Origin: Pirellulales bacterium
GTDB lineage: Bacteria > Planctomycetota > Planctomycetia > Pirellulales > PALSA-1355
NCBI GenBank assembly: GCA_022844125.1
Contig: JALHMI010000004.1
Span: 226,777-290,776 of the forward strand
Direction of reading: 5' to 3'
Length of the DNA: 64,000 nucleotides
Numbering within the stretch: the stretch's first letter is position 1; each line of letters starts with the position of its first letter. The notes beneath the pieces are model-generated. The model was not told the DNA's origin. It worked only from the letters and a program-made list of their open reading frames with translations, and ran no database searches. A program made the translations under genes and the position numbers. Below are positions 1-8,097 of this stretch, in pieces.

Positions 1-258
1 GTCCGGCTCAAGCGTGTGTGGTCGGGCCTGCGACCGGGGAGCCCAGACGAGTTGCCGATTCTCGGTCCGGTGACAGGGCTAAATGGCTACTTAAATGCCT
101 GCGGGCATTTCCGGACTGGCATCCTGAACGCCCCGCTCACCGGTCTGCTTATCGCCGAGATGGCAAGTGGCGATCAGCCGTCGTTCCCCGTCGAACCCTT
201 TCTCCTAGCGCGTTTTGCTTCTGGCGCAGACGAACGCCAGATGGTAACGACGGGCTAG
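1..258 (+). CDS. FAD-dependent oxidoreductase, C-terminal fragment (glycine oxidase ThiO / D-amino-acid oxidase family); the 5-prime end lies outside the window
   Basis: Frame 1 is open from nt 1. The translation ...WSGLRPGSPDELPILGPV...LNACGHFRTGILNAPLTGLLIAEM... looks like the conserved C-terminal segment of ThiO/DAO flavoenzymes. Confidence 0.6.
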   Translation, partial: VRLKRVWSGLRPGSPDELPILGPVTGLNGYLNACGHFRTGILNAPLTGLLIAEMASGDQPSFPVEPFLLARFASGADERQMVTTG

Positions 259-491
259 GGGTGGCAATGGCGAACGACGGGCTCCTGTGCTGAGGCCATC
301 GTCACGCTTCCCATGAATTCGGACATGTCATACAGGGCCGGTTCCGATACGTCTGCCAAAAGCGAACATTTGAACCGCGGAAAGGCCAGCGTGGAAACGT
401 GGTTACGACGAATGCCGAAAAGAACTCCGGCAGCGGGCGACGCAATTTTGAACCAGATGGATGTTGCCAGAATCGCCTTAATCTCAAGTAA

Positions 492-525
492 AAAAGCCCA
501 TCGCCGGAAACGACGATGAGCTTTT
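492..525. terminator. Bidirectional intrinsic-terminator-like hairpin between convergent genes
   Basis: The arms aaaagcccatcg (492-503) and cgatgagctttt (514-525) form a 12-bp stem with one mismatch. An A-run on one side and a T-run on the other sit between the oxidase 3-prime end and the PIWI gene 3-prime end. Confidence 0.45.
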
Positions 526-694
526 CTGCAATCATGTCGGGGCGACAGGACGGCTATTGAACTTTTCTTGGCTGGCCTAAAGGCTTGGACGAAATCGCAG
601 CTTGGCTTGTTGTAACGAGTTACGGCGAGTTGTGCGTGCCTTCAAGCGAGGCTCGGCGGATTAAAAGCGGTCGAACTTGGCATCGCATGGCCTG

Positions 695-3600
695 CTAGAC
701 AAACCACGGTGTTCGCTCCAATACCGGATGCAACTGAAACGGCTCTCGCTGCCGTAGGAACGCCGCCGTAAGGTACGCGATGTTCCTAGCGTACTTTGTC
801 GTGATCGGTTCTGCGGTGAATGAATCTGTCGAAGCCCAATTCAATTTCGTGAGATTCAGCACCTGTAAGGCTAAAGTCCGCGCTTCGCACGGCAGCGGAT
901 CAGTGGCGCCAGCCCGGTAATGGTCCGCAGATACTTCTAACGGTTGCGGCGTGCCAAGAGCTTTGCGGTAAGCGTTGTACCCGGTGGTCGACAACAACAG
1001 TCGCCGACGAGAAATTGCCACGAAGCTGCCTCGCTGAACGCTGCCATCAGTCTCGGGGCGCGAATCGAACAGTCTAAAATTGTTGTGCTCGTTGATCCAG
1101 ACGAAAAACACGGAGGCATCTGGCGCAATGCTCCGAACGCCCGACAAGATCGCCATGTAGTCATCCTTCGAGATTCGCACCGCATGATGAAACACCAGAT
1201 TCGGCGCTGCGGGCAGGGAATGGTCACGCTTCAGGCGTTCCAGGGCTGATCGTGACAGCGTCGCCAGATTCTCGCTGCGTTTCGTGAAGTCAAACGCTGT
1301 TGTGTTTCCCGCGTAGAACTCCCACTTTCCGTAGCTATTGAAGACGTTCGCAAAACCGAGGATTCGTTGCCCGTCCCTGGATTGCGTATACGACAAACCC
1401 ACAAAGAAATCGGCATCAGGGATGTTCTCAGGCAGCACCCAGGGGGTTACACCGCACTTCGCGATGATGTTAAGCGACAGGTTAAGATCCTTCCAATCTG
1501 GATTGCGGAGCGTACCAGTATCGATCATTTGGCAAGGGACTCCTGCCTCCAGAAGCCGACGTTTGACGACGAAGTAAGGGGAGGAAGCGTCGTCCATCGA
1601 GTATCCCGCCTCCGGCGTGTAAGCCAGAAACAGTCTGTTCAGTTTGTCGTTCCCGCACCATTCGGGATGCTCCGCGAGGAGCCGCTCGACCTCCCTATCG
1701 ACATGCTCGACGCCCTCCGTGGTCACGATCGTCGAGTAGATGAACCGAGTAGCGAAAGTGCGTTCGGCGCCGCGGTACTTGAACTTGCCGGCCTTGAGAC
1801 GCTCGATCAGCGATTCCATCTCCTGTCGCTGATTGCTCAGGCAGATAGGAACCAGTTCGATCCTGTGCTGGGCGCTATCGTAAGAGCCATACTTGGTGAT
1901 GCCTTCTCGCACGTCAGGCAGTTTTTGATGGTCTCGAAATTCGACAGCCGGTTCGTTGAGGTGCTCGACGTGGAAGGTTGCCTCTGACCTCGCCTCGAAT
2001 TCAGATAGCGCGACGGGGGTCTTCGTCATCGTCGCCTTGTACTCGCCGAAGATTACCGGGAAGATTGTGTCCGCCAACTCGTCGGCTGTCGTCTGGATTT
2101 TCTCCGCACGCTTTCGAGCCGCCCCGGTTTCCGAGGCGAGGCTGTGCTTCTTGATCGACCCGTGAAGGTCGAATGAGATACCTTCGGCCCGCACCACCGC
2201 TTCGATTTGACCAAGGGAGAGGTTCGGGATCACCCGATTCACCTGGATCCGCTTCTCCTCCTCATTGTCGAAGAAATGGATCGTTGCCCATTCCGAATCC
2301 GAAGCGACGATCCTGCCAGCTCGCCAAGCGTCGGCCTTGGCGACACAGCTTCGCCCCACGAACTCGTCAGACGTTAGTTGACGACAGGCTTCGTTCAACC
2401 TGAGAATGCTCAATACCTGGCAAGTGTAGTCCAGCACGACGTAGGCACGCCCGAACAACTCCTGAACCTGTATGCAGTATGCCGGGAAGAGTCGGATCAG
2501 CTTTTGTGCCGCTGTGGAGATCGGCAGATCAGCGCCCTTTCGATGAGCGATGATTCGGCTGAACGAGAATCGGTCGATGTACCAACCGTGAGCAGTGAGC
2601 GAGTCCCGAAGCGCCTTCGTCAACTCACCCAGCCGTAGGTGAACTTCGTCGCCGGTCGCCCTGCCAGACGCTTTTTGGACGGTGAGCAGGTAGGCGTTCA
2701 GAAACGCCGTCTTTGGAGCCTGGATACTGGCAAGGAATGCTGCCTTGCGCCCTTCGGCCTTACTCTCCAACTTGAGGATTGTCTCGTTATCCAGCAGCAC
2801 GACTGAGGGTGGAGGCAGCCGAAGCGCCACCATCTCTCTAGTCATCCGTTTAGTCCCCTCACTGAGCGCCTGGACGAACGCATTGCCCTCCGGGTCTCTC
2901 ATAAGCCTTAGCCACTCAAGCAGCTTGCGGTTGTGTGGCATAGAGGCCAGCGGCGTCGTGCCAAGGTCGAAGCGATTGGGCAGATCGACGTTCTGCTGCC
3001 GAATTCGCCCTGGATTCTTGACGATGAACGCGTCAGTATAGTGTTCGCAGTGGACTGGGTTCTTCGTTTGATAGTCGCGGTGAGCCACGGCGTTCACGAT
3101 GGCTTCGTCGACCGCAATGGTCGGAAGCTCGGGTTCCTCGGCAAAGCCGCCATCGGGTTTCCGGTGTTGCAGCCGCTCGAAGAACGAGGTTTCTCGGAGG
3201 AAAGTGCGAGCGGCCCGAATCTGCTTCGTCACCGGCCCCCGAAAGTCCTTGTCAAACGAGGGCGTGCCACGATTCTGGTAGTGGCTCGAAGGCACGACGA
3301 ACTTCAACAACCGCAGGTAGGCGTGGGAGAGAACGCGCTGCGGGTTGGATGCGAAGAAAAGGAGCCCCGGTAGCGTAAACCACTCCTCACCATTGTTGGT
3401 GACGACCGCACCGGCTTCTCGCAAGAGCCGCTCATCTGAGAAGTCTCCCGTGGCTTCCGGGTGAAACACACGCCTGAATTCGGTAACGACTTCGGCATCG
3501 AGTGCATCGGATGAGTACGAACACCAGGGCACACTGTCAAGGTCGATTAGCCCCTTGCGTAGCCGCACTTGCTCCCGGACTTCCTGACTCATGGGCAAGG

Positions 3601-4075
3601 ACTGATGCCCGTTGCGCACCCACGCCTTCGACGTCGCATCTGGAGTCTCGCAGATTGCGTTCGGCAAATAAGCCGAGTAGATAAGGCACAGTGTCCTGTC
3701 GGCTCCGCTGGCGTCCTGGCAGTGATGGCACTTCACCTCGGCGGCGTGCGTGCGGAGGAGCGTGTTGAGGTTGGTGAACGAGTTACGCTGCTCCTCACCG
3801 AGGTGGTCAATGCCGACCACCTCCCCCGTCGAGGAGATCCCGAGGACGAGCAATCCGCCCTCGACGTTGCTGTTGGCGAACGCCGAGACGGTCTTGATGA
3901 CCAGCTCTTTGACACCATCGAGAGCGCTTCGTGTGATGGGCCCATTACTGACCGGCCGACCTGCTTCTTTGCGGTCGAAGTGTTGTCCCTCGAACTCATC
4001 GTCATTTGGCTGAGTCAAAAAGCTCCACGCCGACGGCGGATCGTCAAACACTCGGCGTGGTGAGGGTCGTGACAT
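695..4075 (-). CDS. AlbA_2 (Schlafen-type) + HATPase_c_4-like N-terminal module fused to a PAZ-less MID-PIWI (prokaryotic Argonaute-like) module, apparently catalytically inactive
   Basis: This is an 1126-aa ORF. Residues about 25-130 (FEGQHFDRKE...AFANSNVEGGLLVLGISSTGEVVGI) carry an AlbA_2-type signature. Residues about 315-400 (VDEAIVNAVAHRDYQ...IVKNPGRI) look HATPase_c_4-like. Residues about 735-860 look like a Rossmann-type MID domain (SPYFVVK, VPCQMI, NIIAKCGVTPWVL). Residues about 860-1126 look PIWI-like (FFVGLSYT, LVFHHAVRIS, FFVWINEH, PITTKYARNIAYL). It starts 43 nt downstream of the helicase gene on the same strand. Confidence 0.75.
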   Translation of the reverse strand: MSRPSPRRVFDDPPSAWSFLTQPNDDEFEGQHFDRKEAGRPVSNGPITRSALDGVKELVIKTVSAFANSNVEGGLLVLGISSTGEVVGIDHLGEEQRNSFTNLNTLLRTHAAEVKCHHCQDASGADRTLCLIYSAYLPNAICETPDATSKAWVRNGHQSLPMSQEVREQVRLRKGLIDLDSVPWCSYSSDALDAEVVTEFRRVFHPEATGDFSDERLLREAGAVVTNNGEEWFTLPGLLFFASNPQRVLSHAYLRLLKFVVPSSHYQNRGTPSFDKDFRGPVTKQIRAARTFLRETSFFERLQHRKPDGGFAEEPELPTIAVDEAIVNAVAHRDYQTKNPVHCEHYTDAFIVKNPGRIRQQNVDLPNRFDLGTTPLASMPHNRKLLEWLRLMRDPEGNAFVQALSEGTKRMTREMVALRLPPPSVVLLDNETILKLESKAEGRKAAFLASIQAPKTAFLNAYLLTVQKASGRATGDEVHLRLGELTKALRDSLTAHGWYIDRFSFSRIIAHRKGADLPISTAAQKLIRLFPAYCIQVQELFGRAYVVLDYTCQVLSILRLNEACRQLTSDEFVGRSCVAKADAWRAGRIVASDSEWATIHFFDNEEEKRIQVNRVIPNLSLGQIEAVVRAEGISFDLHGSIKKHSLASETGAARKRAEKIQTTADELADTIFPVIFGEYKATMTKTPVALSEFEARSEATFHVEHLNEPAVEFRDHQKLPDVREGITKYGSYDSAQHRIELVPICLSNQRQEMESLIERLKAGKFKYRGAERTFATRFIYSTIVTTEGVEHVDREVERLLAEHPEWCGNDKLNRLFLAYTPEAGYSMDDASSPYFVVKRRLLEAGVPCQMIDTGTLRNPDWKDLNLSLNIIAKCGVTPWVLPENIPDADFFVGLSYTQSRDGQRILGFANVFNSYGKWEFYAGNTTAFDFTKRSENLATLSRSALERLKRDHSLPAAPNLVFHHAVRISKDDYMAILSGVRSIAPDASVFFVWINEHNNFRLFDSRPETDGSVQRGSFVAISRRRLLLSTTGYNAYRKALGTPQPLEVSADHYRAGATDPLPCEARTLALQVLNLTKLNWASTDSFTAEPITTKYARNIAYLTAAFLRQREPFQLHPVLERTPWFV

Positions 4076-4118
4076 ATCTCTGCATTAGCAGCGAACTGGC
4101 TGCGTTACTATGGCACTG

Positions 4119-6674
4119 TTAGGTCGGATTGAACGGGACCAGGTACTCGTCAGCCAATGAACTTGGAATCAACCGCGTTTTCGCGAGTTGCTTTTCGCAT
4201 CGGACAACCAATTGCGTAGCTTCGAGCTGCGATCGGCACAGCTCCTCAAGCAACGCTCTCGTGTCGGCAACAAGCCGTTTCAAATTGTCAAAGGTTAAAG
4301 CTTTTGTGTCGCTTGCCACTGTGCTCCGCGTAACCGTCGCGTTTGGATGCACAGAAACGCGCACGCATTTCAATTTAGGATACGTGCTTCTAAACCATTC
4401 GGCAGCATGTAAAAGCTGGCCGTGCTCTTCGCGCGTGAGGGCATTATCGGCCTTCTTTCTGCTCTTTGCTTCAATTACTAGCCCGTAAGCATCATTCAGC
4501 AGCCACAGCACGTCGGGCCCCTTCGGGTCCGTCTGCTCGGGACGCTCTCCAATGAATCCAAGGAATCCAGCGACATCCGCGAGTGCCTGTTCGAATTGAT
4601 TGGCAGATGCTTCTGCGACAAGATGCGACGTGATTTCGTCAAACTCAGCAAGCACGCCCCGGCGGTTCGCGAACTCACAAATCCGTTGAACAATCGCTTC
4701 CGATTGGCGGCCAGGCAAGGTCAATGGTTCGTATGGCGCAACTACCTTCGGTCGAGGCAATCCACGGTTCGCTGCAAAGGCACTCTGCTGCAGTTTTAAT
4801 GCAAGATCCGACTGACCCCAATGGTGGGCCGCCGATGCCGCCATTTGCAACAGCCAGCCCTTCGTCTTGCGGTCTAAAGCTGGGCGCTCGTCACAATAAC
4901 TCTTGAGCTTTTCGATTGCCTTCTCGAAATAACCGTCACGGAGTAGATTAAAGGCCCGTCGTTCCAATGCAGCTTGCCTCAATGTGTCGTCGTCGGTAGT
5001 CGGGCCGGCGACCGTGTCGGCGAGTGTTTCTGCGTGGAACTGAGTCCACTCTCTATCTCGATCGAGACATCGCTGCATTGTCTCGGCCAGATCTTTGCGA
5101 CTGACGACACTGCGGCTGATCTCAGCCCCCATTTCCAGTTGCGCTCGCGTGCTGTTGGTCAGGAGCTTTAGGTTGCTCGACCGACTGATCCAAGCGATGA
5201 GGTCTTTGCCTGTCATTGCAACGATGCAGTAATCATTGGAGCCGCGGGCGCCTCGTCCGATGCCTTGCTCGATCCGCTGGGCAAGTTCGCTATTGAGCGA
5301 AGTCCCGCCGAGAAAGACATTCGCACGGTACAGGTCATATTCGCTAGCTCCTCGCGGCAGTCCAGACATGATGAGCAAGCGGCAAGCGTCGCCAGGGAGG
5401 TCGATGCCGTCATAGCGGTTGGCGAAAACAAATGGTCCCAGTGACTCGCCCGACTGGAGTTTCTCGACGGCCTCTGAGACTTGCTCGGTCTTGTTTGGGA
5501 ACGTGGCGATAGCCTTCCACGCTTCGGCAGCGTGTTGTGAGGGCACCAATACGACTGCTCCCTTTTTCTTTTTCTCGACTACCCACGTTGCAAGTCTCCG
5601 AACGGTATCGTCCACATCAGCTTCCAGGGTCATCAACTCGGGCGCGAGAATCATGCGTTCACTTACGCCGGCGAGGGAAGTCGAATATATAGGCTTGGCG
5701 ATAGAGTCGGGTCGCGCGTCGAAGGTGCGGACAAGCGTACTATCATCACCAATCGTGGCTGACATGTAGATGCGCCGGGGACACTCCGCGAACGTGGGAA
5801 TCGCATCGACTAGCGGGAAGACGGGCGTAATCACGAATGCCTGCCGGCTGATGAGGCATTGGCAATAGCCCAGCGCATCACGCAGAAACATCCAGGGAAA
5901 CTTGTACTGTGTTTGGGCTCCTTTTAGGTATTCCTGTACCTGCAGGAGCCTCTGTGTCCAGGCCCAGTAGGGCACTTCTAGCACCGACCAATCGCCGCCG
6001 GTTACTACATCGTCAAAGGTTCCCAGTCGGTCGATCTCTTTAAAATCGTTCCGGAACGTGTTCGTAAGGAACGCATATCCTTCGTTGTCTTTGTCCTTCC
6101 GCACGGAAAGCGTAAACTGCTCGCGCACGATAGAGAACGACGCGTGCGCATCATCGAGAATCATCGCTGCCGCATGTACAATTTCGCGCGTCCCATCCCG
6201 CGTGCCGAAACGGCTCAGACCGTTGAACAGCGCATGATAGCTGCAAATGAGGATGCTGCGTCCAGAAAGGAACTCGTCCGGAAAATCAGCATTTGACTCG
6301 TAAGGTACGGCACGAATGCCATACTCCTGCGCCTTGGCAACGGTTTGAGCTACGAGCTGATTAGTAGGGGAAAGGTAGATGACCGGCTCGTTCTTCTCAT
6401 TCAGCGTCGACTGGCCGACCAGCAGGCCGACGAGCGTCTTTCCACCTCCAGTGTGCAGCTTTACCACAAGGTCATTTTCGTCTCGGCGGGCAAACCAGTC
6501 CGACAGCACCTGCGCCTGGCTTGTGTAAAGATCGTTGATGCCTGGAGGCTTAGGCAACCTTCGGAAGATCTCTACAGGATCAATGACGGCGCTGCCGGCT
6601 TTCCGGGCGCGCAGCTTTTTGAAATCGACCATCGGAACATCTCCGCTCAATGCCAAGCCTAACCATTTGCGCAT
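4119..6674 (-). CDS. SF2 helicase (DinG/Rad3-like) with a C-terminal PD-(D/E)xK nuclease-like domain
   Basis: This is an 851-aa ORF. It has a Walker A motif HTGGGKT (aa 75-80), a DEAH variant ILDDAH (aa 172-177) and a motif VI-like RIEQGIGRGARGSNDY. The C-terminus reads GPDVLWLLNDAYGLVIEAKSRKK, giving a D721...E735-x-K737 restriction-endonuclease-fold signature. The start could instead be the internal MVDFKK at 6632. Confidence 0.75.
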   Translation of the reverse strand: MRKWLGLALSGDVPMVDFKKLRARKAGSAVIDPVEIFRRLPKPPGINDLYTSQAQVLSDWFARRDENDLVVKLHTGGGKTLVGLLVGQSTLNEKNEPVIYLSPTNQLVAQTVAKAQEYGIRAVPYESNADFPDEFLSGRSILICSYHALFNGLSRFGTRDGTREIVHAAAMILDDAHASFSIVREQFTLSVRKDKDNEGYAFLTNTFRNDFKEIDRLGTFDDVVTGGDWSVLEVPYWAWTQRLLQVQEYLKGAQTQYKFPWMFLRDALGYCQCLISRQAFVITPVFPLVDAIPTFAECPRRIYMSATIGDDSTLVRTFDARPDSIAKPIYSTSLAGVSERMILAPELMTLEADVDDTVRRLATWVVEKKKKGAVVLVPSQHAAEAWKAIATFPNKTEQVSEAVEKLQSGESLGPFVFANRYDGIDLPGDACRLLIMSGLPRGASEYDLYRANVFLGGTSLNSELAQRIEQGIGRGARGSNDYCIVAMTGKDLIAWISRSSNLKLLTNSTRAQLEMGAEISRSVVSRKDLAETMQRCLDRDREWTQFHAETLADTVAGPTTDDDTLRQAALERRAFNLLRDGYFEKAIEKLKSYCDERPALDRKTKGWLLQMAASAAHHWGQSDLALKLQQSAFAANRGLPRPKVVAPYEPLTLPGRQSEAIVQRICEFANRRGVLAEFDEITSHLVAEASANQFEQALADVAGFLGFIGERPEQTDPKGPDVLWLLNDAYGLVIEAKSRKKADNALTREEHGQLLHAAEWFRSTYPKLKCVRVSVHPNATVTRSTVASDTKALTFDNLKRLVADTRALLEELCRSQLEATQLVVRCEKQLAKTRLIPSSLADEYLVPFNPT

Positions 6675-7057
6675 TCCCTCCCGCGGCGCCGACGGTCGGC
6701 CCAGGGAACGACACAGCAGGGGGGCCGAAAGTTCGGGCGCTACGCGTGCCTTCGGTGCTGTGCGTGTGTCGATTGTCCTTATCTTAGCGTCTGACTTGCG
6801 ACACTCCAGGCGGGATCCGTGAGATCACCGTTCGTGTCAGATTGCCTCTCCGAATCGGATCAACAAAGGGAGAGCGCGTAGGGCGGAGTGGCTGCCTGCC
6901 CACGGTCGCAAGGCATAGCTTGATCGACATTTTGCTGGTAACCGTGCCTTCGTCGCCGCCCTGCCCTCCTTGACGTCGATGAAAATCATCCGGCAAGTCG
7001 TGTTCGCAGATCCATTCCTTGCGGATCAATCCAGTCAACGGCCAGGTCCACAATGAG

Positions 7058-7591
7058 TCACCCCATAGCCGCTCTAATGTTGTTCAAGAGAAAGAACAGG
7101 CAACCATTCGGAAATGGACTTCGGTAACCAGCCTCGCTGTCCAGAATGAACGCCGCGATACACGTCATCTCCCAACCCGCGATCTCATCGCCTGGCCATT
7201 TTGGATTCGTCAGCGCCGCGATATCGTGCTCATTCCCGTATTCTCTTACCCGCTCGATATCGGGTGAGCAAAAGGCATCAAACTGCGGGTTCGCCCAAGA
7301 CCACAGCCAAGTCCCTGAGGCGCCAGAAACCGAACCGACGACTATGCAGTCGGCCTCGATTTTCCGAATGCCATTGTCCGACCACCAGAATCGGCTGCTC
7401 GGAATGTCGTAATCGTAGTCCTGGAACTTGTCGAGGCCGAACTGTTCGCTCGCCGTTCTATTTCGCTCCCGCAGGAATTCAGTTGCTTCTTCGGCGAGCT
7501 TTCGAAACTCGGAGCCGTTCATAGAATAGTCCCCTGTGCATTCTCCGCGTCGAGTGATCTCCGCACCGCGCTCCAGTATCCCACCGGCCAA
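7058..7591 (-). CDS. Conserved hypothetical protein (resembles the DUF6882 family from memory)
   Basis: This is a 177-aa ORF. A more likely start is MNGSEFRKLAEE at 7522. The motif GTWLWSWANP is typical of a widespread uncharacterised family. No function is inferred. Confidence 0.5.
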   Translation of the reverse strand: MAGGILERGAEITRRGECTGDYSMNGSEFRKLAEEATEFLRERNRTASEQFGLDKFQDYDYDIPSSRFWWSDNGIRKIEADCIVVGSVSGASGTWLWSWANPQFDAFCSPDIERVREYGNEHDIAALTNPKWPGDEIAGWEMTCIAAFILDSEAGYRSPFPNGCLFFLLNNIRAAMG

Positions 7592-8097
7592 TTTGATTTC
7601 TGCTGAAGCAATCTCACGAACCGAGCTCGAAACTCAACGAACCCGATTATATCTAGCGAATAAGTATAAGAGACACGACACAACTGAGAGCACACGCTCC
7701 ATGCGACGAGCTCAGCGAGTCCGGCCAAATTACGGCCTTCCTGTCTCCGACAATGTGCGGGAGACCTAACCAGCACAACTAATTGGCCACGTACGCATCG
7801 CCCAAGACAGCGCGATCTGCTTCGCCCAACAAGGCTCACCCCATGAGACGTTGGACGGCCGCCCTGCTGATGATCCGGCAAACTGGGAAGGGCATTCCGC
7901 CCAGGATAGGCGATAATTGAGCGTTGCAGGCGGTCAAGCACGGCCGACACGCCCAAAAAGCGCCGAAATGCCCTCAAAATCTGGCTCTTGTGTCCCGGAC
8001 CAGTTAGCTTGAACGGATTGCGGCGTCAGCATGTTTTGCTGGCTACTGCCGAGGGGCAGCCTGCCGGTTTCGAGTCCTCGTGCGCGTAGATTGCGCA

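Noticed and set aside
302-535. Two small overlapping ORFs (313..519 on the plus strand, 302..535 on the minus strand) in the convergent intergenic gap
   Set aside because: They overlap each other and the terminator hairpin. Neither has a recognisable motif or RBS.
937-4063. Many antisense or out-of-frame ORFs of 60-206 aa inside the PIWI gene (for example 1367..1987, 2933..3373, 3569..4063), and similar ones inside jetC (11510..12010, 12575..13297), parA (53827..54612), the Rep-like gene (52460..53092) and hsdR (41355..41966, 41985..42686)
   Set aside because: These are typical high-GC shadow ORFs. Their composition is Arg/Ala/Pro/Ser-rich, they carry no motifs, and they are fully contained in much longer ORFs with clear domain signatures.
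8080-8097. A GTG start for jetA at 8080
   Set aside because: The ATG at 8098 gives the conserved DUF3375 N-terminus (MHLAELRTFF...). The six extra residues add nothing recognisable, so the difference is minor.
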